64,000 bases of DNA, taken from the NCBI RefSeq assembly GCF_964355755.1, contig NC_092675.1, positions 4,335,812 through 4,399,811 on the forward strand, in the 5' to 3' direction. Position numbers and translations under genes: made by a program. The notes below the pieces were generated by a model. It did not search any database. It saw only the letters and a list, made by a program, of their open reading frames with translations, and had not been told where the DNA came from. Origin of the DNA: Antedon mediterranea (taxonomy: Eukaryota; Animalia; Echinodermata). This document shows, piece by piece, positions 50,701 through 64,000 of the stretch; positions within the stretch are counted from its first letter, which is position 1, and each line of letters begins with the position of its first letter.

Positions 50701-53700
50701 GCACGTAAGTCACATTGCGCAACTCTGACGTCATTCAAAATAGGAGGTGCACAACTTCACGTAAATGCCCATATGTTGACAAAGTTATGAAATGTTATGT
50801 TTACAAGTTTTTGAGATACGCGAGACACAAAAATGGAGGAGAAAGAAAGAAGAATAATACTAGACATGAAACTCGTCACTTTGACGAGTTAGTTATCCGC
50901 ACCACGATAAACGCCACGTGCACGTCTTACGTTGGAATATTGCACACAGATAAAGATTATGGCATTATGACAAGAACTGAAGAATATGATATGCTGTTTG
51001 TTAGTGCTGAATTCTGTCAATTTCGTGTCATATAGTATATACATGCAAACAGTATAATCTGTATACATATTACATACAGTGTAGAATAGGTGAAATTACG
51101 GGACCCGCCATTTATTCCAATTTTTAACATGGCGACGGTATCAAAATGAAACACTTAGATAGCACTTTCAGAAGGAAATTATCTCAGGAACAACATATTA
51201 ACGTGTAGAAGAAATTTGAATACGTAAAATATTGATGCGCACCCTTTTAAATGTGATGAACTATTACGCAAAATATGAAAATACGACTTTTTTTATTCAA
51301 CTGGCCATATGATGACGTCACAACATCCGATTGGCAAAATGTTTACATGAATTCGTATCTACAATCCAATAGCTTCCATAAAACGTTTTAATCGTGATTA
51401 TCACATTTTATTCTTACGAGCTATTACAGATTAAAATTTACTGTAAAGATGAAATTAATGACCCACGTAATTAAAATTTTTAGGCATGATGACGTCATAA
51501 AAATTAAAATATTTTTATCTCATGCTAAAGAAAGTTGATTGACCTACACAATGTATAAATGTAGGAGAAAAAGGAATACAGATAAGCGTGATGCGCTCCA
51601 TTGAATGTGATGAGCAATAACGAAAGAGACAAAAATCCTATATTTTACATTCGTGTGGCCATACGATGACGTCACAATGTTTTTTTAGCCTTATCGATGC
51701 ATGATCCGATATCTGCAACTCATCAACTTCTAGATTTTGTAATAAAAATAAACGGTTCACGGTTTACTTTAGAAACTATGACTGTTTAAAAAAAGACATA
51801 ATTTTGACGATTTTTTAAGCTTTTTCATAAAAAACGCGCATGAAATGTTTAATTCAACGTGTTCGTATGGCGTTATTTAAATTGGAAAAGGTCTAAATTG
51901 TTTTCAAAATTACTAGGAAAGGCTTGAAAAATATGATTCAAGAGAAAAAAATATGTTTTTAACGCTACGTGCGCACCGCGTGCGTAAAAAATTGCGCGCC
52001 CGTGGGAATTTTTGACATGCTCAAAATGACAAGAAACGCATAAAAAGTTGATTAGAAATTAATTTTGCGCATTTTGAAATTTTAAATGCGCGTGCGCGCG
52101 TAACTTCTTGTGAAACATGCCATTTTTAATCCGTAGAAAGTTTGCCCCTGATATGACTTAAATTTTGTCAAAGTGTCAATACTAAATGACTTTTAGTTTT
52201 TAATCTATGATCAATCATTGAAATTCATAAAATTGCGCGTAAGTTACGTTGCGCAACTATGACGTCATTCAAAAATAGGAGGTGCACAACTTCACGTAAA
52301 TGCCCATATGTTGTCAAAGTTATGAAATGTTATGTTTACACATTTTAGAGAAACGCGATCCACAAAAAGGAAGGATGGAAAGAAGAATAATACAGAAAAA
52401 AACTGTTGATCTCATACAATAACAAGGAGTTATCCGCTTGGTATACCAAGCGGATAACTAACAATACACTAATAGAAACAGTTTCAGGGATCAACATTAA
52501 AGTAGAAAGATAACAACTCCTAAAAGCCAATTGTATCCTGCATTCCATTTTGATTAGTATTCGTAGAAACAATATGAATGTTTTAATGATATACTGCAAA
52601 GTACTATATTTTGCACATTTTGGAAATATCAATTTGTTTAAAAAGCATATCCTGAGAAAGAAATTACACAGTTAGCACAAAAATTTAAATTAACACAAAT
52701 AACATGGTCAACAAATACAATTACTGCAAGATGCATACAGTGCTACAATAGTTTAATTCCTCATTACTTACATTGACACTGGATGGAATATGACATGCAC
52801 ACAAACCAGGGGAAAAAAAACTTATCCAAGCCAATGTGTTTGTCATGGTAAAATTATTGTGTAGCCATTTTGAATTTACGTTACAGGCGATTATTGGAGA
52901 TACTGAATCGTATTCAATGTAGTTTACCTGGTTTTGCTTTGCTTGTCATCACCAGAAATGGCTTTTTTGTCTCTACTGTATACATACCCTCACCAAATGA
53001 TTGCGTCTCTTTCGAACAAACAGGCCTTTTTTTTTATTGAGATCCACTCTTTACTCTGTTCACTTTTGATTTTGATTATTAAGTGTATTCATGGTTTTAT
53101 GATACATTTGTTAATTTGTGCTGCTTGCCTTCACCTATTTATTAGTTTTTTCCCTCTAATGTGTATTGAAAAAATAATCTGATATGTTAGTGAATGTGGT
53201 TTCTTTTGGTTCTTACAGATTTTACAATAAAGATTCTTCATTTGTGCATGGTGGAGTTGATGCTCATGGCAACCCTGAGGAAGCAGTCATTGGGCAGGTC
53301 TGTATCTGTAGACTAATAAACAAACCAGTCTGAGGAATAGGCTGTTGTAGGCATATAAGTATAAGCTCATCAATGTTTATTAGAACTTAAAGGACAACTT
53401 TACCGAGACCACGTATTTAGGATGTACATATGATTTCAGAACAATTGTGAGATTTATGTAATTATAGTAAATCTCGCAATTGTTCTGAAAATCATATGTA
53501 CATCCCTCAATACGTTATCAAAATATGGTTCTCTGTAAAGTTGTCCATTAATTTTGTATTATACCTATGCTTGGATGGATGTTTCTTCACAATTTTAACT
53601 GATGTAAATATTTTTTTTCCATAGGCCATTCGTGAGAAAATAGAGCAGCTGGATTTTAGGGATTGCCACACCAAAATAAAACAGGTGGACAGCCATGCTA

Positions 53701-56700
53701 CTGTCGGTGATGGGGTTGTGGTTCAAGTAAGTGTATTGATTGCCCTTCAGGGACACTTTTAGTATACAAATAACGCACTAGTTGGAGGCGAGGCCTAGAC
53801 CTACCGAGGCAAGTACCACTCTGCTCGCGACCAAATCACTGCCTAGTCTAGCACTAGAAAAACAGTCGTGTACCAGAAACAATAAGATTATACAAGTGGT
53901 TTGTGTTTGTTTTTAAATGGGGCTGTGACACAGACGACTGGTTTGTACTTGTAAATTGTGCAGTGCCTAGCGTACAAATTTACATGCAGAGTGTTATGCT
54001 TTTTTTGCATGATAGTGAAAAAATAAAGAGCGCACACATGACTCATTTCAGCGCATCTGATTGGCTACATCCTTGAACCCATGTTAAAATGGATTATAAT
54101 AAACCAGTCATTTTCCTGATAACTATTTTTCTCAAACTCGGTAGTCATGTACTTGAATTTGACATGTTTTTATCCACAGGTTAGTGGAGAACTCTCTAAC
54201 AATGCTAAGCCGATGCGTCGCTTCATGCAGACATTTGTGCTAGCACCTCAAACCAAGAAAAACTACTTTGTCCGCAATGACATTTTCCGTTACCAAGATG
54301 AGGTATTCAATGATTCTGAAGACTCGGAGACAGAGAATGTTGAAGAGGTTCCTGCAAGTGAGTATTGTGCAAGAAATGAGCTAACAGTAGTTTTACTATT
54401 ATATATAGAATTAAGAATGCTCTTCCTATAGCCTGGCAGTAAGGGGCATAAGCCATCATAAGTAAACTTAAGCTATCCTGTAAGCTCTAAAAAATGTAAA
54501 TTTCATTGACTAGTAGTAGTAAACTATAGGCACTAGTTATCTTTTTAGTAAAGCTGATCATCGGGCCTTCTACAATACAAAACATGTACAGTACAAAAAT
54601 ACACTAGTAAAAATGGCACTAGTTCAGGGCTCGCAGAATCCTAAAATATTTGGTTGCCCTTCGGGCAAGTAGGTTTTAGATTTTGGTTGCCCTCATCATT
54701 TTTTACTTGCCCACTATTTTAACTTAATTTTAACGTTTTATACCGCGACTGCACCGCGAAAAAACGTCGGTGAAAAACGCCTATGCTTAATACACTGTGG
54801 TGTTTTTTTCGATGGATTTTAAGTAGTGAAAACAATTTTTCAAATTTTTTCAATTACACAGTGATGTAGGCCAATCTTTTAAGAACATTTTACAGTAATT
54901 TATTTTCTCATACGATCCTCCGTGCAAGAGTTGCGATTGTTTAATTAACATGGTGTCCTGAAATCCCTTTGAAAACGCTATGTTATTTCTGTTGGTTACG
55001 CTTCGTTGCACGGCATTGTTTGTCATCGATCGAAGATGTGTTCCGTTTCGTGAATGAACACGTGGGTTTACTTTGGGAGCAAAAACGTTTTGCTTTTATT
55101 GTGCAATGAAATTCCGAAATCAAGCTATTTTGCGATATTTAAAATGTAGTGGCCTAGACATGGCACCACAATTATTTAATAGATATATCTAAAATATTGC
55201 CTATAGAAATGTAGGCCTAGGCCTAAAAGTTTAAACAAAGTACTTATGAAGGTGATGAGCTAGTTGAAATCATAGAGAAGAAAAAAACAAACAAACATCA
55301 ACTGACGTCCGTCTACGTGACGTGTAACAATACGCATGCGTATAGCAAAAAACCTCACAGCAGCTGCCGTACGTAGAGCACATGGGTACGGTGTGTGGAG
55401 AGTGCGGGCTTGTGGAAGTTTACTTGTTGTTTCAGTAGAAGCTCGCACAGGTTGGATAAAAACAACCATCTGCTCGCACAAGTTGGTGATTGAAAACAAC
55501 ACAAGGGAACTGTGCCGAATTGTGGTGAAAACCACGTGCTCCGCCAAGCTGGAGTTTTTGAAAGTTCAACTCTCGGCGATACCCGAAGAAGTGTATTATT
55601 TTCAATGTTGATAATAAAAAATATACTGACGTAACTATTTAAGTATTCAATGTATTTATTAAATAAATTATTAGGCCTATTAAATTTATATTCTGTAATA
55701 TTTATAAAAAAAAAATGGTAGGCCTACTAGTACTTGCCTGTGTTAAAAACATCGGCCGCCGAATCCAACTCCCGGTGCCTATTTGGCACAGACAATTAGA
55801 ATTACGTATCTATTATAATTTAATAATATACTGTATTTTCAATACAACTGTACATTTGAACAATAATTACAGTAATTCAGCAAATTATTTATTACACACA
55901 AAATACATAACATGAATGTAATTAAACATAGGCCTAATCTACTATCTAGGCTGTCGCTGTAGGTCACATAATTAATACTAAGTAGTAGATTCAGATTTTA
56001 TTACCACCTTAAAATGATGTCGATATAATTGAGAAAAACAAAATCATACTAGCCCCTATTTTATTTGGTTTATAGTATAACTAGGGAGTTGTTAATTAGA
56101 AACTCCCTGGTATAACTTCAAATAAGTTAAAAGCCGAGAGTTCAACGCTTCCTATTTCGCGATCAATGGATGCCGCAAGAGACCGCGTGCTATATGACAG
56201 ACCTGGAAACTCTATACGGTACGCAACGACTTGATACGCCCGACCGCATAGAAACACATGTTTTGGCTCCTGGAGATAACGTTCCATACCACCGAATTCC
56301 GATCCATACATTTACTTAACAAACACTACACTGGTCTCGACGTCAAGAGAATTCGTTCGTGCGCGACTATTATTTTCATTGTTACATTATTTCACAACCC
56401 CTGTAAAACATCGTGGACATTTTCGGTGATTTTAAGAGGTTGCCCGTCGGAACATGACATGTTAAATTTTAGTTGCCCGACGTATTTATTTGGTTGCCGC
56501 GGGACGTCGGCAAGCGATTCTGCGAGCCCTGTAGTTAATACAACCTACATTACACCTTAGTAGCCAATTCTTTGGCTAGAAATTAATAGAAATCGAGCTA
56601 AATTGAAAATTTCTTTTTTAAAACTTAATTCTTTTTATTTACCCAGCATCGGAAGAAGAGACCGAGGATGCTGGCATGGCCCAGACCGCCGGGACTGTCC

Positions 56701-59435
56701 CTGAACCCATTCAGGATCCAGTGGTTACATCTTATTATGAACCACAACCAACGGTCAGGTATGTCTTAATCCAGTGTTCATTGAATTTTATTTTATTCAA
56801 TCGAAACCAACAGCGATAATTACCGCCATTAACAGTTTTGATACAAACAAAGCCAGGACTGTTTAAAGCACCTTGATTGGTCCTAACATTGATCAAGGGC
56901 TTCTCTCGTCCAGTGCCTACCTTGACCAGATTAAAGGCATGGGCCAATATGTCTGAGGCAGATACTAGATGCAGAGGCTGACATAAGAGTCAGCAATGCT
57001 GATTTCAAACAAAAGGGTCGGTAATTAACAGAGCATGATGATTTGAACAGCCTCATAGACCTAGGACACAAACACAGTCTTGGTGGGTGTTAATGAGAAG
57101 TTTCTAGGTCAGCAAACTTCAAATGAATAACTAAAGACACCAAATCAAAACCTTAACATAGGCATACAAGGATTGTTGATGTGTTAAATGGCCACTGATG
57201 GTTGCTTATTCAATAACTTATTAAATCCTATTATGTGCATGTTGCATATATAGTACAGATTACAATTTTTGTTTTGGTTAGTACAAAATATTTACCAGTA
57301 CTAATTTATTTTGTTTAGCAATGGGATTCCCCATATTGATAATTCTGATGTTACAGTAACAAAAGCAGAGGAAGAGGAAGTAGCCAGTGAACCATCCAGT
57401 TCTGGTGACCAGCCTCAAATCCAAGAGCCAGTGGCTGAGAACCATGTCCCTGAACCTGAAGATGAGCAGCCACTCGAGGAGAAGGTTGTAGAGACTGGAA
57501 CAAGAGCTCCGGTCTCGTGGGCTGAACGTGCCCGTGGTGGTGCCCCACCTGTGCACAACATTTCAGTCGTCAATCCAGTGCCTGCTAAATACCCTTCGGT
57601 AAATTCTAATTTATTTTTCTTGTACACATTTAAAAGCTACTTAATTTAACAGTTCAGTTCAGTCTCCTAACCCCTAATAGGGTTGACACCACTGCTGACT
57701 TTTGGACAACCTTCTTCATTGGTCTCTGTAGCTCGTTGTGAGTCAACAAAGGTCAAACCTGTCCATTCCTTGATGTTGTCTTCCCACCTCTTTCTCTGTG
57801 TGCCTCTCTTCCTCCCTCCTGGTACAGTACCTTGTAGGATGGTCTTGCCCAGCTCACTGGATCTTGTCTTGTCACTTGTCTGTTACAGTTACAGAATGAA
57901 AACTGGTGGCATATGTGTAAACAACTTGCTCTATAGATAGAACAAGTCTACAGCTACAGTTACCTGTGCACTTGTTCTAGAAAAACAAGTCTATAGGTAC
58001 AGTTACCTGTGCACTTGTTCTAGAAACAAGTCTACAGCTAGTTACCTGTGAACTTGGTCTAGAAAACAAGCTACAGTTACCTGTGCAATTGGTTCCTGCA
58101 TGTATGTTTGTTGGATTGCTCACTCCAATCATCAGTCTATTTTCTGCCCTTCAAAGTTTGTGCCCACGCCTGTGCCATATGCTGTTAATTCTGATGATTT
58201 TACAACCTTTTGTGTAATTAAGTGTATTTTATAAGTTAGTATGTATTTTATTTGTTGATAGCATAACCAACAGGCCTCGGCTCCAGCAAAACCAGAAGGT
58301 GGCCAGTCCTCAAGAAATGATCCGCTACCCCAGAGAGAGGTTCGTTCTAAAGATCGTGGCAGCCGTGGAAATGCCAGACGTTTCCCAGACAATCTACAAC
58401 TATTTGTGGGAAATCTGCCTCTTGATGTCGAGGAAGAAGAATTGAAGAGTTTCTTCAGCTGTAAGTGACGAAAAATCACTTCTACAAAATCACTTAACTA
58501 CAAAAGCACTAAAATGAATTCATTACAACATATAGGGTCATCTAGCTACATGCACCAATTTCATTAAAAAACATTTTGAATATATGAAACATTTAAGACA
58601 AAATAAAACCATTACAATTCTTGTTTGAAGGTTTTCATGTCGAAATCAAATTGATATAAAGTTTGCGGTACACCACGTATATTAGTGAATGAACATTCTC
58701 ACTTCTGAAGACAATCAAAGCATATTGATCGAAACGTCGAGAAACCCAACAGTTCTTTTCAGAACTATGGTGTACCGCAAACTTTATATCAAAATTACAA
58801 TTCTTATTGTATGCATAAGCAAAATCTAATTCTAAAATCAATGCTTATTATAAACATTAAATTTGCATTAGTATAATGGATTTATGTTTAATTTTGTGGC
58901 GAAATGTGAATGATTGACTATATTGAAACAATACATTATTTTGCAATAGCTTATGGTGTGGTGCTGGAGACGAGAATAAGTAAGAACACAATGGGAAGGA
59001 TACCTTACTTTGGATTTGTAGTCTTTGAGAACACACAGCCTGTACAAGATTTGTTGAAAATGGCCAAGCAGCAGGTACCTCCTATTTTGATTTTATTTGA
59101 TTTTGATTTTTGACGTATTTTGATTTAAAACGTTTCTCAATAATGGTTTCTTTTATCTCTTCACTTTTAACTTTACTTCAAAAACAATTCATCCTAAAAT
59201 TTGTAATTTGTTGAGTTTAATTTTGAATCTATTTTAGGAGCAAATCCTGTTCCGAGGAACTCATCGACTTAATGTTGAAGAAAAGAAGCCGAGAGGATCA
59301 GATTCACGCCCTCGTGGACGTGGTGGTAACGAACCTCGCTTTGGTGGACCTCCAAGAGGAGGCGCATCCGGTCGTGGTGGAGGCCGAGGAAGTGGCTCTG
59401 GAAAAAGTGGCCGCGGTTTCAATCCACAACGTTAG
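47753..59435 (+). CDS. G3BP: Ras GTPase-activating protein-binding protein (G3BP1/2, Rasputin ortholog), 463 aa
   Basis: Exons 47753-47871, 53219-53297, 53625-53726, 54180-54357, 56647-56758, 57319-57598, 58262-58460, 58950-59074, 59238-59435 (total 1392 nt, in frame). NTF2-like domain ([50 protein letters not shown]), acidic region, SWA motif, RRM ([23 protein letters not shown]) and RGG-rich tail. Confidence 0.95.
49065..52461 (-). mobile_element. Two tandem non-autonomous Helitron/Helentron-like units in a G3BP intron
   Basis: ctagacatgaaactcgtcactttgacgagttagttatccgc starts at 49065 and at 50860 (on the minus strand, a hairpin followed by CTAG); 32-bp perfect palindrome at 52428-52459; inverted ttagttatccgc / gcggataactaa; no TSD. 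Confidence 0.7.
53387..53551. mobile_element. Fold-back Kolobok-like MITE
   Basis: TTAA-aggacaactttac...gtaaagttgtcca-TTAA; almost fully palindromic. Confidence 0.7.
54625..56531. mobile_element. 1.9-kb non-autonomous DNA transposon with 16-bp perfect TIRs and 5-bp TSD (tagtt)
   Basis: tagtt-CAGGGCTCGCAGAATC ... GATTCTGCGAGCCCTG-tagtt; repeated subterminal (g)ttgccc motifs at both ends; no transposase ORF. Confidence 0.85.
57665..57875 (-). mobile_element. RTE-type LINE 3' fragment
   Basis: The minus strand encodes [32 protein letters not shown]. Confidence 0.8.
57940..58092. repeat. Short tandem repeat (~37-45 bp unit)
   Basis: agttacctgtgcacttgttctagaaa..caagtcta occurs about four times. 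Confidence 0.75.
58690..58770 (+). mobile_element. Penelope-like element terminal fragment
   Basis: ctgaaga...gatcgaaacgtcg signature typical of Penelope pLTR/hammerhead regions; similar reverse-strand traces near 3105-3135 and 63420-63470. Confidence 0.4.
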
Positions 59436-61743
59436 TCTAATATGAATGAGGTGCTTGGTAGCCTATGTCACAAAGCATGGAAAACTAAAAAATAAAATCA
59501 AATAAATTAAATGACATTAATCAAACTCTTTAAAAAAAAACCGCACTCACGTGTTTTTTTTACAATGAAGAAAAGAAAAAAACTAATAAAATCATCAGGG
59601 CAGTGTGTGCACTTGCATAGAGGGAGCTTCGCAGTCATTGGTAACAGCTATTTTTCAGAAATTACTTGTTAATGTCACATAACGTTGTCGTTGGTTGCCA
59701 AGATGCGAATTCTTGCAACAAATCTGGTATTAGAGCAATTCCTGAGAATGTTGTTGTTTACTTTCTTTATTTGTTAGCCTTATTATTGACCTGTATTGGT
59801 TAATGTGTCGCTGTGGTTTCTGTCAATTTGCTACAAATATAAAATTAGAGATAAGTTAAGTTTATGGGTGGTAGAAATGCTATCAGTAATAAGTAAGTCT
59901 GCAACTATTGTACATAGTACAACTTTGTGTTTGCTTAACAGATCAAAAAGGGAAAACACCTAATAAATCCCTATTTATAGTACTTGAGCCTAATACTCTA
60001 TGTAATACCAGTAATGATTTACAAATTCTGACCCTATTAACAAGCTCATTAACAAAATGGTAATTTATGAAATAACAGTGATGGAGAATGCATTAAAAAT
60101 GTAGTTAATATATTAATGCAAGTTTGAAACTGACTCTTAATATATGGAACTTTTTGTGAATAATATGGAGATATCTATGGCTAGTTATTATTAGCATATG
60201 ATTAACGCTGGTTATTAACCATAGAAAACCATGTAAAAAATATGGCTATGACTATGTAATTTTTATACCCTTAATATGGCAATGTATCTTAATTCTAGTC
60301 CTTTGCCACTGTGAGGTCACGGGCTATATATTATACCAGTAAATGAATTAAAACAGATACAATGGCCATACAACTTTTTGTTTAATAGAAAATTCTTATT
60401 AATGTTTTTCGTTATAACTTTACCACTGGTGAAATAATGTTTGGGAAAAATCAAATATTTATTTCTACTGAAATACTTTAGTTACTTTTTTTATTATGTC
60501 AATTTTACCAGTTTGTAAAGATATACAATCATCATGTCAAAGGTCAGGAAGTTGTCCCACATCCAATAAAATAAAAAATAGAACATTTGTTTGGACTAGT
60601 TGTTGACTGTTCAGTACATAGATTACGCTTTATATATTATTGGGGCAATAATTTGTATACTTCTGGATTAAATAATGTTTTTTTGTGTGTGTATTACTTA
60701 AATATCTACATGTTCCACTTAAAAGTTGGACCAACTGGGATAACAATCAATTTCTTTTCAACGCTTAATTTTTCAAGTGAAAATTAATATTAATTTCAGC
60801 ATGAGCGTTTGCGCAAAAGGTTTAGCAGTTAAATAAATAGAACAATTTTTGTTTATGGTTTTTATAATAATATAGAAATATGGGCTCTTTTAACTGCCTT
60901 ATTCACTGTGTTTTATTGTGAAATACTGTAAGCTAGCCAAGCTAGGCTTCTATGAAATGCTATACTGTTAATCCTATGTCATTCACACAATGTGGGAATA
61001 ACGGTACGGTTGCGAGATATTTATTTTGTGAAATTCCCATCATATTTAGTATATCGTTAATTGTTTATTGATCACACATGTATTCTGTAACAGTAATAAC
61101 ATTGCTACAAACTCATCTAAAAAATAGCAGAAAACACTTTATGTATGTAATATATTATGTTCCCAAGATGTGGCTGTTGTAGGCGAGAGTGTTGCCATAA
61201 ATACCCTTGTTGTAGCGGGTGACTGCCTCTGTATTATTTTGGTTTTTTTGTCACAATGTGGAAAGTAAAATGTTTTAATAGTAACTTCTAAATTCTGTCC
61301 TCCATTTTGTTTTTTTCATTGTTATAATTTAGTTGATATTATTGATGGACTCGCTAGTCGAATGTCGTCACAACTGAAACTATAATTTGAAGACGTGAAA
61401 TTAATATAAAATAAATGAATTTGGTATTTCTACTGAAAGATTCTCGGCTTTATGAATATTTATGAAGTTTTTCTACTTTTGTTTATTGTGCTTAGTAATA
61501 GTATTTCCTTCTTTTTTTTAACTGTTTTTTTCCAGCAGTAGTAGATCCCAAAACCCTTTGGTCGCAATTGGAACGTATTCTATTCTAAGGATTTCAAATT
61601 TGACAATACCTGAATAAATTGTATGTACATCCTCACTATTTTGATTGTTCTCCTAGCTTAAACTGATTAGCCCCCTCTATTGGGTTGTTTTGATGGTTGG
61701 TTAAAAAAGTTAACACATGGTGGAATTGAAAACGTGATTGGTG

Positions 61744-63398
61744 ATGGAGGACGAAGATTTGGAATTCAGAATTAATACTGATTTTGCAGAAAAATATGAC
61801 AATTGGAGAAGGAAAGAAGAGCTTCAGAAACGTAAGAATATTATGACAAATCCGTGTTTGGTTTATCTGCAATACGTTTGATGAAATGAAAATTTAGGCT
61901 TGGCTCGTCGTAGGCCGGCTTCGTGGATGAAATATATTATTATACGACAAGGAAAGAGGTTCCCGTGCGTCCGACTTTTTAGATGGATTTAAAGGATGTG
62001 TATAGGCCTGGGCCTAGAAGTGACATACATTGATATCGATAATATTTTATATAGCATAGGCTAGGTTAAGTAATTTTAATTATTGCAATGCAAGCAGCAA
62101 AAGACACAAATTGAATACTCAGTATATTCCTTCTTCTTTATTAACACTTCGTCTTATATTAGTTAGGCCTAAATAATATCGTTATGGCTAAAGATACGGT
62201 ACCGTATCCATACTTTTAAAAACTAAAGGTACGGTGAGAGGGCGCTATGTAATGTGGATGTTAATCAAATAGGTTATTGCATTGGTTTTCTGCAAGCCAG
62301 CTGTGTAGCCTAGTGGGCATGTGATGAGGCTTTGGCTTAAGGGGTTGCAGGTTCGATACTCTTCTTGACGTCTTTTTTTAAATTTTTTTTGTTTGTTTTT
62401 AATTTAAGAGAGATTATATTTAGGTACGAGTTTTAGGAATGCAATTTTACAGTACTTTTAGCAAACGGAAGCGCCCTCTATAATTACCGTATCTTTAGTT
62501 TTTAAAAGCATGGATACGGTACCGTATCTTTAGCAACGGCGAAATAATATTCATTTATATAAATTATTAATTAATGTCTTTTCTGCATTCAGTGAATGAT
62601 TTTATTATGCTTTTAATTTTATATTTTGGTTTAATGTTTGACTTTGAAATAGTGAAAGATCGTTACGGAGAGGATGCTGTTGATCAGTCTTCCAGCTCTT
62701 CAGAATCTGAGGATGAAGATGCGGAGGTAAATCATTTGTGAACTTGATCTTGTTTACAAATCCAACAGCCCTGGTTTCAAATCATGATTTTATCAATTTT
62801 CTTTTTTTTTTACAACTACTGAGTTTTTTTTTTACAACTAAAGTTGATTTTGTAAAATTTGTATTTTTCATCAGTGTCATATACTTTAACAAAAAAAGAA
62901 TGTTATAAATGAAAGGCTGGGAAAATAATTGGTCCAGTTTGGTGTGGTCAGTCACTGGATTTGCTCATACCACATATGACTTTCCAGAAGATTTTAGATT
63001 CGCAAACTACAGTATGGACTGGGTGCGGTCTAAATTGGGGCCACAAAACATTTTTGAAGGGCAGCAGGTGACTTGTGAAAAAAAACCCCCAAAAATAACA
63101 ATAATGTTTTAACGTCAAAATTATGGGTTGTTATTTATTGTTAGGACTGATAGAATGAGGTAAATATTTCTACCCAGTCGAGATGGATGAGTGACTAACA
63201 TAAATATAATTTATGATTTTTTCTGTAGCAAACAAAATAAAGGAGTGTTGTATTGTATTATAGTTTTCTAATGTTTTTATTTTAAACCATAGGCATTAAC
63301 TCCTCAATTAGAAAGAGATTTTCTGAAAACTCTGTCTTATGTAAAAAGCCATGATCCAAGAATTTACAAGAAAGATGAAATCTTTTATGATTACAAAG
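61744..63398 (+). CDS. KRI1: KRI1 homolog (40S ribosome biogenesis factor), first three coding exons; continues beyond the window
   Basis: Exons 61744-61831, 62653-62726 and 63293-63398 give MEDEDLEFRINTDFAEKYDNWRRKEELQKLKDRYGEDAVDQSSSSSESEDEDAEALTPQLERDFLKTLSYVKSHDPRIYKKDEIFY, which matches the KRI1 N-terminus (EELQxLKDRYG, ERDFxKTLS, DPRIY). Confidence 0.88.
62180..62541. mobile_element. Mutator-like MITE (long TIRs, 9-bp TSD) carrying a tRNA-like cassette
   Basis: aaataatat at 62171-62179 and 62542-62550; ~65-bp TIRs gctaaagatacggtaccgtatcca...agagggcgct. Confidence 0.75.
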
Positions 63399-64000
63399 GT
63401 AAAGTAGGTGATAACATTAAATACGTTTCGTGCTACTCTTTTTATACTTAATCAGTGGACTCATCAACACCAGCTCTATCATTTCAACTAACCTGTTTAG
63501 CTATTGACCCAGACAGTTTTAAAATTTTTATATTAAATCTAAAGTAAAACCCCTATTAAAGGGATTTCTTGGAACCCAACAAACTGTCCCCTTAAAATAT
63601 AGTTACCCTCGTTCGTTTGATGTCTCTTAGGAGAAGTGCTACTGTATTTGCAATAATTTATTTTGGAGGACAAATTATGATCGCCTGTACTTCCGCCATC
63701 AAGGACACAGGCTCTTTTCATACTATAGTCTTCAGATTACCCCGTGTCTGGGACCAGCTTCCCAGATCATTGATGCTGCAGTCCTAGAAAGCCAATCAGC
63801 CTTCATTAGAAAAGTTCATTCATTTTGATTCGCTTTAACTGTATTTTGTGTTTTTTATGTGTAAACCGACTTTGAGGTTAGATCAACCGGCTCAGCTACA
63901 ATGATTAAGTTCACTTAGGTTGGCCCTGGTCTCCCCAATTTCAATTTTTTTTTGTTATGTATATGCTGAAATAGACCGAATAAATAATGAAATGATGATT

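Noticed and set aside
50715-51035. 106-aa ORF in the G3BP intron
   Set aside because: It spans the junction of the repeat units and shows no protein motif or splice support.
55260-56560. ORFs inside the 1.9-kb TIR element as a transposase
   Set aside because: They are short and show no DDE, BED or hAT dimerisation motifs; the element is non-autonomous.
63560-63900. Possible old LINE 3' fragment (similar traces at ~17000-17100 and ~56850-57200)
   Set aside because: Too decayed to translate convincingly by eye.

Overview
AT-rich, intron-rich animal (invertebrate-like) genomic DNA, not prokaryotic. Host genes: (1) the 5' part of a PTEN-like paralog on the minus strand (coding exons at 21415-21493, 5799-5883, 5487-5531; the rest probably lies left of the window); (2) a complete PTEN on the minus strand (9 coding exons, 30168-39168, 387 aa); (3) G3BP on the plus strand (9 coding exons, 47753-59435, 463 aa); (4) the first three exons of KRI1 on the plus strand (61744-63398). 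Both PTEN copies keep the U12-type (minor spliceosome) first coding intron: 301 nt in one copy and about 15.5 kb in the other. The long intron holds a near-intact 5.37 kb DIRS1-type tyrosine-recombinase retrotransposon (ITRs, internal complementary region, gag, RT/RNaseH, methyltransferase-like domain, YR), itself nested in a Kolobok-like element. Also present: three tandem tRNA-Asn(GTT) copies, Deu/Nin-domain SINEs, a tandem Helitron/Helentron-like insert and many MITEs. The less expected patterns are three unrelated CAGG...CCTG elements that each have a 5-bp TSD, and six 25-33 bp palindromes with 7-8 bp TSDs that resemble P-element excision footprints. All coordinates were read by eye and gene models are not supported by transcript data.
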